A stretch of 57,182 nt of DNA from Patescibacteria group bacterium UBA4473 (GTDB taxonomy: Bacteria; Patescibacteriota; Gracilibacteria; UBA4473). The translations under genes were made by a program, and so were the position numbers. Below are positions 19,586 through 29,192 of this stretch, in pieces. The DNA lies in the NCBI GenBank assembly GCA_002389285.1, contig DGOF01000020.1:1-57182 (forward strand), written 5' to 3'. The notes beneath the pieces were generated by a model that was given only the letters and a program-made list of their open reading frames with translations, was not told the origin of the DNA and did not search any database. The stretch's first letter is position 1. Each line of letters starts with the position of its first letter.

Positions 19586-19855
19586 TTACAGGAATTGCAC
19601 CAAAAACTCAAGTAACAACCTCGCTCCGTAGTCTAAAGCTATCAAGGCCAAGATTGGGGAAAGATCGAGCATGCCGATGCGCGCCCAACGAAAAGGCCGC
19701 AAAATCGGCTCCACGATCGGCTCGAGGATCGCTCCGTAACGTCTTCTTGCTGCGGGAAACCAACTCAATAAGACCTGCACCAAAATAACGTAGTACAAAA
19801 TCTTCATCAAGATTTGCAAAAAGTGAATCGCCAACGGAACAAGAAAGGTCATCAT
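19586..19855 (-). CDS. YggT family membrane protein
   Basis: LLSWFP...EPILRPFR...IGMLDLSP. Confidence 0.88.
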   Translation of the reverse strand: MMTFLVPLAIHFLQILMKILYYVILVQVLLSWFPAARRRYGAILEPIVEPILRPFRWARIGMLDLSPILALIALDYGARLLLEFLVQFL

Positions 19856-20232
19856 AGCCCGCCCCCAAGGTTATGATATCCATTGTTCTGAGGCGATAAT
19901 CCCTCCAATAGCACCAGAATGTCACTAAGATGCAGCCATTTACTCAGGCTTTCTCCAATGAGCGGAAAGTTTACAACGTTTGCAATGGCCCAGATTAAAA
20001 TGGCCGTTACCACCGTCATTCCAATCAAAATCCCAAGTCCGCGGAAAATTCCTGCAAAAAAATTCATCAATAAAATCCTTCCTGGAGACCTTAAATATTC
20101 TAAAAAATCAACAATTCCCGCTGATTTCATCAAGTGATGAAGCCGAGAAAGCTGCTTTTCAATATCCTGCAATTCGTCCATCGGAAGTGATGGAATATGC
20201 TTGGGGGGAGCGGTTTTTTTGGAAACAGGCAT
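19852..20232 (-). CDS. Membrane protein (DUF5665-like)
   Basis: NFFAGIFRGLGILIG motif followed by a TM helix and PLIG. Confidence 0.7.
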   Translation of the reverse strand: MPVSKKTAPPKHIPSLPMDELQDIEKQLSRLHHLMKSAGIVDFLEYLRSPGRILLMNFFAGIFRGLGILIGMTVVTAILIWAIANVVNFPLIGESLSKWLHLSDILVLLEGLSPQNNGYHNLGGGL

Positions 20233-20277
20233 CGAAGAAAGTTTAATTTTTTCCCGAACAAAAGTAAACTCTCTCCT

Positions 20278-22185
20278 GTGAGTACTAAAAAATCCTCTCC
20301 TGAGAAAAAACCGAAGAAAAAATCTTTTTCTTTTCGGCCCGCAAAAATCCCGACCGATCCGGGGTGTTATTTGTTTTATGACGAGAAAGGAGAGCTTTTA
20401 TATGTGGGGAAAGCGAAACAACTGAGAAAGCGTGTTTCGAGCTATTTCCGGGCCCAAAAAGCTTCTCCCAAAGTTAGCCTCATGGCTTCGAAAATTTCAA
20501 AAATTGAAACGCGTGTCGTGGACTCTGAAGAAGAAGCCCTTATTCTTGAAAGCAATCTGGTCAAAGAATTTCGTCCGCGATTCAATGTTTTACTTCGTGA
20601 TGATAAGAATTTTTTGTATTTGCGCATTACCAACGAAGATATTCCTCGTCTTGAAATAACGCGAAGAATTGTTCGTGATGGGTCGTTCTATGTGGGCCCC
20701 AAAACCTCTGCCAAAAAGTTCCGTTCAACGATTAATTTTTGCCAAAAAGTGTTTCAGATCCGCACGTGCAAACTGGATATGGCGGCTGAAACCACCGGCC
20801 TCAAGGTATTGAACAACCCCGAAAACCGGAAACTCCCCTGCATGGACTACCATGTAAAAAAATGCTCGGCGCCCTGTACCGAAGATATTTCAACCCAAGA
20901 CTATGCCGAGCAGGTTCAGCTCATGAAGAAATTTTTGCGTGGCGATACACGGGAAGTGCTTAAATCTCTCAAAGAACGCATGATGAGGTTTGCTCAGGAC
21001 AAAAACTTTGAAGCGGCGGCCAAAATGAGAGATCTGATCAACTCCGTCGAAGCCTCTACACAGAAACAATCGGTTCAATTTCCAGACCTCATGAACCGTG
21101 ACTTCGTACAGTTTCATCGGGTCAAAAAACAAGCCTTTTTTGTGCGCTTAGCCTTTCGAGATGGCAAGATGCTCGATCAGAATGAAGTCGTCTTTCGTGC
21201 TGATACAGAACGGAGTGATGAAGAGGTTGTGGAGCAGTTTTTACTGCAATTTTATCCCCATGTTGATGAGGCGCCTCAGGAGATATATCTTCCCTGCAAG
21301 ATTGAAAATGAACTTGAAGTCCTGCAGTTTTTGACCCAAAAACTACACGGCCCAACGATTAAAATACAAACCCCACAACGCGGTGAAAAAAAACGGATCC
21401 TCGATCTGGCCGCCAAAAATGCCAAACACTTTGCTCAACGTGAAGAAGTTGAAACCCTTTCGAAAGCTGAAAACTTCTCCAAGGCTCTGCCCGAACTCGC
21501 CGAAGCGTTAGGCCTTGAGACGCCTCCCAAACGAATGGAATGTTTTGATGTCTCACATCTGGGCGGCACGTGTACGGTTGCCAGCCAGGTCGTCTTTGTC
21601 GATGGGCTCCCCAAAAACAAGGAGTATCGTCGATTTAAAATTAAAACGCTTCCCGAGGGAAAAATTGACGACTTTGCCGCCATGGAAGAAATCCTCACAC
21701 GGCGCTTCAAACGCAAAGATGACGAAAAATATGCCGAGAAGTTTCCGGATCTCATTGTCATTGATGGCGGAAAAGGACAGCTTTCGAGTGTGATGAAATC
21801 TGTAAAAACCTGCCAAGAAGAAAATACTTTCCCGGAGAATTTTAATCCCGAAAAACAAATCATCGCTCTGGCCAAACAAGAAGAAGAGATTTTTCGACCC
21901 GGACAAAAAGAGGCCTTACTGCTGAAGCTGAACTCCGCACCCCTTAAATTATTGCAGCGTATTCGCGATGAAGCGCATCGATTTGCGATTACCTACAACC
22001 GCGCCATGCGCAGCAAGAAAATGATCAAGTCCGTCCTCGACGGCATTCCCGGCATTGGGAGTGCCACCAAATCTAAATTGTTGAAAACTTTCGGAAGCGT
22101 CTCAGGGATCAAAAAGGCCGACGGTGCAAAACTCCGAGAGGTCTTATCAGCAAAGCAAATAGAGAGCCTGAAGAAATTTCTTTAA
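20278..22185 (+). CDS. uvrC: Excinuclease ABC subunit C
   Basis: PGCY/LYVGKA GIY-YIG domain, UVR domain FEAAAKMRD, ECFDVSH, DGGKGQ, RDEAHRFA, HhH; likely GTG start at 20278. Confidence 0.97.
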   Translation: MSTKKSSPEKKPKKKSFSFRPAKIPTDPGCYLFYDEKGELLYVGKAKQLRKRVSSYFRAQKASPKVSLMASKISKIETRVVDSEEEALILESNLVKEFRPRFNVLLRDDKNFLYLRITNEDIPRLEITRRIVRDGSFYVGPKTSAKKFRSTINFCQKVFQIRTCKLDMAAETTGLKVLNNPENRKLPCMDYHVKKCSAPCTEDISTQDYAEQVQLMKKFLRGDTREVLKSLKERMMRFAQDKNFEAAAKMRDLINSVEASTQKQSVQFPDLMNRDFVQFHRVKKQAFFVRLAFRDGKMLDQNEVVFRADTERSDEEVVEQFLLQFYPHVDEAPQEIYLPCKIENELEVLQFLTQKLHGPTIKIQTPQRGEKKRILDLAAKNAKHFAQREEVETLSKAENFSKALPELAEALGLETPPKRMECFDVSHLGGTCTVASQVVFVDGLPKNKEYRRFKIKTLPEGKIDDFAAMEEILTRRFKRKDDEKYAEKFPDLIVIDGGKGQLSSVMKSVKTCQEENTFPENFNPEKQIIALAKQEEEIFRPGQKEALLLKLNSAPLKLLQRIRDEAHRFAITYNRAMRSKKMIKSVLDGIPGIGSATKSKLLKTFGSVSGIKKADGAKLREVLSAKQIESLKKFL

Positions 22186-22955
22186 CGCGTGGCGTCTTTG
22201 CATTCTCGACAAAAAGCCGCTAATTCGGCCTCTGTTGCAAATTCAAAGAGTTTTGACCCTACGATAGCCCCATCGGCTCCCGCGGCCTTGAGCGTGCGAA
22301 TATGATCGGGAGAAGACACTCCAAAGCCCACACAGATCGGTATATCGGTCTCTTTTTTGAAGTCTTGAATCATAGTGAGGGTCTCTGGGGCTATCTCAGA
22401 CTTGGCGCCCGTTACTGAGGGAGTGGAGATCGCATAGATAAAACCTCCCGCACTCTTGAACACTTTTTTTATTCGAGCCTCTGGAGTGTTGGTCGAAACC
22501 AAGAAAACAAGATCTATTTCACATTCTTTCGCGAAGTTTTGCACTAAAGCCAATTCATCAACGGGTATTTCCGGTATCAAAACCGAGTCAATCCCGACCT
22601 CTTTTGCCCTCTTAAAAAAGTTTTGCACCCCAAATGACAATATTAGGTTGCAGTATGTCAATAGCCCTATGGGCATTGTGCAAAACTTTTTACGTATTTC
22701 GGCGACCCCCTCGAAAGTTTTACACATAGTGGCCCCCGAAGCCATTGCCTGATTGGCCACGCGCTGCAAGGTCGGCCCATCCGCCAGAGGATCAGAGAAA
22801 GGACAGCCAATCTCTAAAACATCGGCCTGTTGCGCTAATAGCTCAAGTCTCTTGAGAGAGGTTTCTTGGTCGGGATAGCCCATCATCCAAAAGGGGACAA
22901 AGGCGATCTCATTATTGGCTTTAAGCCTCGAAAACGTTTCTGTATAACGACTCAT
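22182..22955 (-). CDS. trpA: Tryptophan synthase alpha chain
   Basis: LEIGCPFSDPLADGPT, VTGA, VGFGVS, GAIVGS. Confidence 0.95.
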   Translation of the reverse strand: MSRYTETFSRLKANNEIAFVPFWMMGYPDQETSLKRLELLAQQADVLEIGCPFSDPLADGPTLQRVANQAMASGATMCKTFEGVAEIRKKFCTMPIGLLTYCNLILSFGVQNFFKRAKEVGIDSVLIPEIPVDELALVQNFAKECEIDLVFLVSTNTPEARIKKVFKSAGGFIYAISTPSVTGAKSEIAPETLTMIQDFKKETDIPICVGFGVSSPDHIRTLKAAGADGAIVGSKLFEFATEAELAAFCRECKDATR

Positions 22956-23668
22956 AGTAAAATTAACCGTAAGGAAATAATAAATAAAGCCCCTAAAACA
23001 AGGCTTCGAAACAGCTCAGGTGTCAGTCGTCGTAATACATGTCGCCCCAACCAGGTCCCGATAAAAGCAATAGCAACCAGGCCGACCATAAGCCCATAGG
23101 CGTTCTTTTCGGCTAAGGGCAGCGATGAATACACAAAGAGCTTTACGACATTGCCCAGCCCGGCGGTCACGGCCATCGTCCCCACAAAAGCTTCTTTTCG
23201 AATGCCCATACGATCGAGCATCATAACTTTGATCACGCCTCCGGTCCCAACGGCGCCTGCTACCAGCCCGTAAATAAAACTTCCCGCCGCCACTACCGGC
23301 CTGGAAAGCTTTTTTATTTTCTCATGATTTCGAAACGCCCAAATGACATACAGTAAAATAATAACCCCCAAAACCTTCTTCAAAAATTCTGGATCACTCT
23401 CGACCATAAACTGCGCTCCCAAATAGTTTCCAGGAAGTGCTGCCACAATGATCCAAAGAGCCAATCTGCCATGAACATGCTTCGCATAAAAAATTATTTT
23501 GCTCACATTCATCGCTAAGAAAAAGACCGTTCCCAAAAAAATCACTGATTTGATCGGAAAGAAAAGAGATCCCAGTGAAATAAAAATCATCGCCGATCCA
23601 AAACCGACCACTCCGGATATCAGCGCTGAAATAAGCGCAAATGAAAGGAGGAGGGTGGGATCAGTCAT
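22952..23668 (-). CDS. TauE/SafE (TSUP) family transporter
   Basis: About 8 TM helices; SGVVGFGS and GAVGTGG repeat motifs. Confidence 0.85.
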   Translation of the reverse strand: MTDPTLLLSFALISALISGVVGFGSAMIFISLGSLFFPIKSVIFLGTVFFLAMNVSKIIFYAKHVHGRLALWIIVAALPGNYLGAQFMVESDPEFLKKVLGVIILLYVIWAFRNHEKIKKLSRPVVAAGSFIYGLVAGAVGTGGVIKVMMLDRMGIRKEAFVGTMAVTAGLGNVVKLFVYSSLPLAEKNAYGLMVGLVAIAFIGTWLGRHVLRRLTPELFRSLVLGALFIISLRLILL

Positions 23669-24861
23669 GAGTCTTTTTCAGTTTCTAAATACTCAAATAT
23701 CGTGTGTAAATCTTTGTCCCCGCGTCCGGATAAGTTTACGAGGAGGATTTGGTCTGAAGAGAGTTCTGGAGCGCGTTTGATGGCTTCGGCGAGCGCGTGA
23801 GAGGATTCGAGCGCGGGAATAATCGCCTCAACGCGGGAAAGCTCAAGAAAGGCTTCAACGGCTTCTGAATCCAAAATACCGGTGTATTCTGCGCGCTTGA
23901 TATCGTCTAAGTAGGCATGAATTGGCGAAACACCGGGATAGTCGAGTCCCGCCGAGAGCGAGTGAGATTCTTCTATCTGTCCGTCTTCATCACAGTTTAC
24001 TTTGGACAGACTCCCGTGTAGACATCCGAATTTTCCTTTGCCAATCGTAAGGCCATGTTTGACGCCATCTCCCGCAGGCTCGACGCCGATAAGCTGTACA
24101 TCTTCATCGTCTAAAAATCCCTGAAAGATGCCGATGGCATTCGAACCACCTCCCACACAAGCCAAAACTTGATCGGGAAGCTTTCCGGCTTGATCGAGTA
24201 TTTGCTCCCGTGCCTCAAGGCCAATGATTTTTTGAAAATAGGCGACAAGACGAGGAAAAGGATCTGGACCCGCGGCCGTCCCAAACATGTAGTAGGTATC
24301 TTCTGCATGCGCAATCCAGTACCGCATCGCCTCATTGATGGCGTCTTTGAGAGACTGAGATCCGGCTTCGATAGAAACCACCTCTGCTCCCAGTAACTTC
24401 ATCCGCTCGACATTGGTCGCCTGACGGGCCACGTCTTTAGCGCCCATGAATATTTTGGTGGGGAGTCCAAGCATCGTCCCGGCCATCGCGGTTGCGATCC
24501 CGTGCTGTCCGGCACCGGTTTCGGCAATGATGTTTTTTGCTCCCATCTCGCGCGCCAGTAAGGCCTGACCAATAACATTGTTGGTTTTGTGCGCGCCGCC
24601 GTGTAATAAATCTTCGCGTTTTAAATAAATCTGCGCGCCTCCAAGCTTCTCACTCAACTTCTTTGCGTGGAAAACCGGCGTCGGACGTCCCGCAAAATGC
24701 CTCAGAAGATCATCAAATTCAGCCTGAAGCGCTTTGTCTCCTAGAAACGCCTCAAAGGACGCTCGAACTTTTTCCAGCACTCCCTGGAGTAATTCTGGGG
24801 CAAAGCACCCTCCAAACTTTCCGAAATGACCGTTGCCGTCTTCAATAAAGTTTTTACTCAT
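23665..24861 (-). CDS. trpB: Tryptophan synthase beta chain
   Basis: LKREDLLHGGAHK, AETGAGQHG, CVGGGSN, SAGLDYP, NLSGRGDKD. Confidence 0.98.
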   Translation of the reverse strand: MSKNFIEDGNGHFGKFGGCFAPELLQGVLEKVRASFEAFLGDKALQAEFDDLLRHFAGRPTPVFHAKKLSEKLGGAQIYLKREDLLHGGAHKTNNVIGQALLAREMGAKNIIAETGAGQHGIATAMAGTMLGLPTKIFMGAKDVARQATNVERMKLLGAEVVSIEAGSQSLKDAINEAMRYWIAHAEDTYYMFGTAAGPDPFPRLVAYFQKIIGLEAREQILDQAGKLPDQVLACVGGGSNAIGIFQGFLDDEDVQLIGVEPAGDGVKHGLTIGKGKFGCLHGSLSKVNCDEDGQIEESHSLSAGLDYPGVSPIHAYLDDIKRAEYTGILDSEAVEAFLELSRVEAIIPALESSHALAEAIKRAPELSSDQILLVNLSGRGDKDLHTIFEYLETEKDS

Positions 24862-24870
24862 ACATTATGT

Positions 24871-24917
24871 GTTCTGTTGTACCGGTACAAGAGTACGAAA
24901 CACAAAGGCTTTGTCAA
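24871..24917 (-). promoter_or_regulatory. trpB promoter with overlapping tandem TrpR-like operator
   Basis: TTGACA-N16-TACTCT; GTACTCTTGTACCGGTAC and the 8-bp-shifted GTACCGGTACAACAGAAC. Confidence 0.7.
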
Positions 24918-25010
24918 GCAATTTTACGCCCATCATCTACCAATAAAAATCGCAAACCTTGACCGATCTCTTCTTTCGGGTAAAAGAAGGTCGATTTTTA
25001 GTTTTTTTCT

Positions 25011-25838
25011 ATGCATAAGCCTTCCGGGGAAACAGACGAGATGCCCCCAGCACCAGATTTTCTTCAAGACCTTACTCATCCTGTCATCCCTGGGATCCCC
25101 GTTCCAGCGGGTACGGTAAGAAAGTCTGCCCCTCCCCAAAGAAAAAAACAGTCTCTTCGTACGAAGACTTTCCAGGCTCGTGTAAAGGCGGCAACTATTG
25201 CGGCTTGGGCAACGCAAGAAATGAGTCCTTCCGATCGAGAGGGTTTTGAGACCCTTCAGGCACTTTTCCCCGAAGAGCAATCACTCCCTGCCTGGAATTT
25301 TTTAACCCAAGGGGAGATTACTCAAAACGAAACGGATACAGAAAAACTTTCCGAAGAGATTCTTAAAGCCGTGGATCACCGATTTTCTGCTTTCAATGCC
25401 CCTGAACTTTTTGAAGCTTTTGTTGAAATCCTTGAGAAACAAATTAAAAATATACGCGTCGCGATTCTTCTTTGTTTGGATGACGAACTTCTCCAGGAAA
25501 CCATCGATTCTCTCGCGCCCCCCAAATCTATTCCAGAATTTTCCCACATCGTTCCCCCGAAACATATCCGTCCAAAACAAGAGGAAGGCGACACAAGAGA
25601 AGATTTTATTCATCGAATAAATCAAGCAGAAGGGATTGCCTCAGAAACTTTTCTAAGAACCTTTCGCGAGCCATTTCGTCCCATGACAAAAATCATTCTT
25701 GGACAACCTCACATTCCCTCACTCACTAATAAATTTCAGAATACACTCCTCCAGGCGCTCCAAAAATTTGTTGACGAGCCCCATTTGATTATTCAAAAAA
25801 CTGATCCGGGATCGGAAACTTCTGACACAGAGATCTGA
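25011..25838 (+). CDS. Hypothetical protein (orphan)
   Basis: 275-aa ORF with a Pro-rich N-terminus; 50-bp convergent overlap with glyA. Confidence 0.65.
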   Translation: MHKPSGETDEMPPAPDFLQDLTHPVIPGIPVPAGTVRKSAPPQRKKQSLRTKTFQARVKAATIAAWATQEMSPSDREGFETLQALFPEEQSLPAWNFLTQGEITQNETDTEKLSEEILKAVDHRFSAFNAPELFEAFVEILEKQIKNIRVAILLCLDDELLQETIDSLAPPKSIPEFSHIVPPKHIRPKQEEGDTREDFIHRINQAEGIASETFLRTFREPFRPMTKIILGQPHIPSLTNKFQNTLLQALQKFVDEPHLIIQKTDPGSETSDTEI

Positions 25839-27069
25839 TATCTTCTCGAATACGCTCACAGACGGTTTTATCGTCTTTATTTTTGAGAGTTTCGACCATC
25901 CATTCGGCGACCTGTCGGCATTCTTCTTCTTTGAAGCCACGCGTGGTAATAGCCGGTGTTCCAAATCGAATTCCTGAAGGATCCATTGGTTTGCGCGGAT
26001 CATCCGCGATCATGTTTTTGTTGAGCGTCATCGCGACTTCGTCGAGCACGTCTTCGGCTTCTTGTCCGGTGACCCCTAGCGACCCGTAGACGTCGGCTAA
26101 GATCAAGTGATTATCCGTTCCGCCTCCAATCATGCGAATGTTATGCGACCGAAATACTTCGGCCATGGCTTTCGCATTTTTGATTACCTGCTCGGCGTAG
26201 TCTTTGAATTCTGGCCGCAATGCTTCATTGAAGGCAATCGCTTTGGCTGCGACTAAATGCATGTGTGGTCCTCCCTGAAGTCCCGGGAAGACCGCTTTGT
26301 TTACTTTTTTAGCGAGTTCTTCATCTTCTCTGACCAAAATCATCCCTCCTCGTGGGCCACGAAGAGACTTGTGCGTCGTCGTCGTCATGATGTCGAATCC
26401 ATAATCGAATGGATTTTTAGCCGCTTTTCCGGCGATAAGCCCTGCAATATGCGCCGCATCCATCATCGTAAGTGCCCCGACTTCTTTGGCAATGTCGACA
26501 AATTTTTTATAGTCCAACTCTCTCGAATAGGCAGAAAATCCTGCCAAAATAAGTTTTGGTTTATGCTCCAGTGCCATTTCTCGCAGATGGTCATAATCTA
26601 TTGCCCCGGTATCAGGATCCGCCATTTTGTATCGGATAAAGTTAAAGATTTTAGCGATATGCGTGACCGGATGTCCGTGCGTGAGATGTCCTCCGTGACT
26701 CAGGTCCATTCCTAACACCGTGTCGCCGGGTTCGAGCATCGCAAAGTAAGCCGCGACGTTCATAGGTGCGCCAGACAAAGGCTGGACGTTGGCGTATTTA
26801 CAATCAAAAAGTTCACACGCCCGGTCTATAGCGATTTGCTCTATTTGATCGGTAAACTGCTGTCCTCCATAATATCTTTTCCCAGGATATCCTTCTGAAT
26901 ATTTGTTAGTAAAGACGGATCCTCCGGCTTCACGAACCGCGGCTGAGACGTAATTTTCTGAAGGAATCAGTTCCAAACCTTCTGACTGACGTTCTTCTTC
27001 GCCACGAATCGCTTGATAAATTGCATCGTCTTGTGCTTGTGTAAAAGGGAGCTGTTGAGGGGTAGACAT
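25789..27069 (-). CDS. glyA: Serine hydroxymethyltransferase
   Basis: LIPSEN, NKYSEGYPGKRYYGG, GGHLTHG, TTTTHKSLRGPRGG. Confidence 0.98.
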   Translation of the reverse strand: MSTPQQLPFTQAQDDAIYQAIRGEEERQSEGLELIPSENYVSAAVREAGGSVFTNKYSEGYPGKRYYGGQQFTDQIEQIAIDRACELFDCKYANVQPLSGAPMNVAAYFAMLEPGDTVLGMDLSHGGHLTHGHPVTHIAKIFNFIRYKMADPDTGAIDYDHLREMALEHKPKLILAGFSAYSRELDYKKFVDIAKEVGALTMMDAAHIAGLIAGKAAKNPFDYGFDIMTTTTHKSLRGPRGGMILVREDEELAKKVNKAVFPGLQGGPHMHLVAAKAIAFNEALRPEFKDYAEQVIKNAKAMAEVFRSHNIRMIGGGTDNHLILADVYGSLGVTGQEAEDVLDEVAMTLNKNMIADDPRKPMDPSGIRFGTPAITTRGFKEEECRQVAEWMVETLKNKDDKTVCERIREDIRSLCQKFPIPDQFFE

Positions 27070-27159
27070 GATTCAAAATGGGTTAAGAATTTGAAGAGCA
27101 GACATAATTATGAGCATAGGAAAAAAGATTTTTGATTGCAAGTATTTTTTGCAAATAAA

Positions 27160-28482
27160 CTATTTCCCAACCGCTCTCTCACACAGAAAAATAAAGTTAT
27201 ATTTATAATAATCTTCTGGTTTTCCGAACTCTTGCATAGGAGCAATGTCTGTTTTCACCTGTCCGTATTTTTCTAATATTTCAAATCCATTTTGAACCAA
27301 AAGTCTTTCGAACTCAGCTTCTGAATATTCTGTTATGTGAAAAGGCGAACCATGAGGCTTTCGGGGCGTTGAGATCAGCAATTTTCCGTTTTTTGATAAC
27401 GCTTCACGGCAATTATGTAAAAAATCATCTGGATTTTGTATATGCTCAATCCCTTCAAAACTTACGATCAAATCGGCAGCTCCCTCCTCAGAGATCTTTT
27501 CTACAAAATGAGGCGTCTCCATGTCACCACAATGCCAGTCGATATTTTTTTGATCAAAAAGACGCTGTGCGTGATCCAGTGCCTTTTCTGAAATATCGAC
27601 TCCGGTCACTTTTCCGGCTCGTTCTGCGAGCACCTGAGTTCCGTATCCAACCCCACAGGGCAGATCCAAAACGGTATCCTGATCTGAAATAAATTCTGCT
27701 GCAAATTGATATCTTGCTAAATGCGTCGGCTCTGCTTCATTGAGGTTGAGTGGCCGAATGCGCTCTCGATCTCCTGCCACTGACTGGAGTTTTAGTTCAT
27801 AATGTTCCCGCCCCTCTATCGGCTGATGAATCCTTGTAATACTGGGCTTTAAAATACGCGTCGCGCGACTGTTTGCATCGAGATGAAAACTGATCGGCAC
27901 AATCGGTTCGGTTGTGGCTTCCAGAACATCTCTCGCGAAAGGAAGGATCGCATCGTTTACACTTGATTTTGTATGCACCAGAGAAAGCAAGAGTGATGCT
28001 TCGCCAGCCTCCATCCTGGATTTAAAAAATTCAATCGTTCTTTGATTGAGAAGACGCCCTCTTTCCATCAATGCTTCGTTTTGGACCACCGGCATCCACT
28101 CTTGTCGACCTTTTTTTTCCACATGCGCGGCCATGTTTTCTCTCTGAATAGGGTGTGCATGAGACCGTCCTTTAAGAATAGGCCCCGAAAGTCTATGTGT
28201 AAAATTTTCTACCCACGTCACTCCCAAAAGGGGAAGATCTTGCGCCTGTGACAACGTGTGATACGCTCTGGGTCCATCCATAAACGTAGGATGATCCACG
28301 ATGGCATAAATAGCTGGATCCTTTTGTATATGTTCAAGACCTTCCACGCTTACTCCCAATTCACAAATCGCTTCTAATAGCCATTGCCGAACTCCTGATC
28401 CAAGATCTCTCTTTGGCTCTCTGTCGAGTTGTAATGCTCCATGCGCAAGAGCCGCTTCGTAACGTTTTTCTAAATCTGACAT
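27160..28482 (-). CDS. Fusion of a PlsC-like acyltransferase domain and a class I SAM methyltransferase
   Basis: DHPTFMD (HX4D) in the N-half; HLARY, VLDLPCGVGYG, SFEGIEH, LLISTP, PFHITEY in the C-half. Confidence 0.7.
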   Translation of the reverse strand: MSDLEKRYEAALAHGALQLDREPKRDLGSGVRQWLLEAICELGVSVEGLEHIQKDPAIYAIVDHPTFMDGPRAYHTLSQAQDLPLLGVTWVENFTHRLSGPILKGRSHAHPIQRENMAAHVEKKGRQEWMPVVQNEALMERGRLLNQRTIEFFKSRMEAGEASLLLSLVHTKSSVNDAILPFARDVLEATTEPIVPISFHLDANSRATRILKPSITRIHQPIEGREHYELKLQSVAGDRERIRPLNLNEAEPTHLARYQFAAEFISDQDTVLDLPCGVGYGTQVLAERAGKVTGVDISEKALDHAQRLFDQKNIDWHCGDMETPHFVEKISEEGAADLIVSFEGIEHIQNPDDFLHNCREALSKNGKLLISTPRKPHGSPFHITEYSEAEFERLLVQNGFEILEKYGQVKTDIAPMQEFGKPEDYYKYNFIFLCERAVGK

Positions 28483-28548
28483 CTGTACAAAATATTACAA
28501 TTCTTTTAGTATAAACTCCCTTCTTGGTCAAGCTTCCAAAAAAACACC

Positions 28549-29148
28549 ATGCCCAAACGCATCCGAACACACGTAAACCCCTTAGGAATTCTCAAAGAAC
28601 ATAGTTTTGAGGGTTTTGGAAATGATAAAAACATCATGATTGATGTTGGGGCGTGCAAAGGCGAGTTTACGGCAGCGTTGGCAGTAAAGTTTCCTGAAAA
28701 AAATTTTTTGGTATTTGAAATACGTGTGCCTCTGGCCGATAAATTACGCGAAAAATTTAAAGACCAAGAAAACATAGTCGTCTTTGATGGTGATGCCGGG
28801 CGAAATTTTAAAAGCATTCTTACTCCCTGTCTGGAACAAGGCGCCATAATCGAGAAAATTTTTATGAACTTCCCGGATCCTTGGTTTAAAGAAAAGCATA
28901 AAAAACGAAGGTTTTTGAATGCCAAATTTTTAAAAGAAGCTTCTGAGTCTCTAGACTGCAAAACAGAATTTATATTTCAGACCGATCAGCAGTTTTTGTT
29001 CGATGAGACGCTTGAGATGCTAAAAGAGACGGGATTGGTTGAGGTTTCTTTTTTCAAAGACCCTCCGTTTGGTATTCGCTCCGACTGGGAACAGGCGAAG
29101 GTCAAAGAAGGATGTGATATTTGGAGAATGGAATTTAGATACAAATAA
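28549..29148 (+). CDS. trmB: tRNA (guanine-N7)-methyltransferase
   Basis: RIRTHVNP, DVGACKG, NFPDPWFKEKHKKRR, QTD. Confidence 0.93.
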   Translation: MPKRIRTHVNPLGILKEHSFEGFGNDKNIMIDVGACKGEFTAALAVKFPEKNFLVFEIRVPLADKLREKFKDQENIVVFDGDAGRNFKSILTPCLEQGAIIEKIFMNFPDPWFKEKHKKRRFLNAKFLKEASESLDCKTEFIFQTDQQFLFDETLEMLKETGLVEVSFFKDPPFGIRSDWEQAKVKEGCDIWRMEFRYK

Positions 29149-29172
29149 GGGCGCATTACGATGCGCCCCTAC
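29149..29172 (-). repeat. GTAG-type REP palindrome between convergent genes
   Basis: Minus strand GTAG-GGGCGCAT-CGTA-ATGCGCCC. Confidence 0.75.
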
Positions 29173-29192
29173 AAGTTGATCCGCGAATAAAC

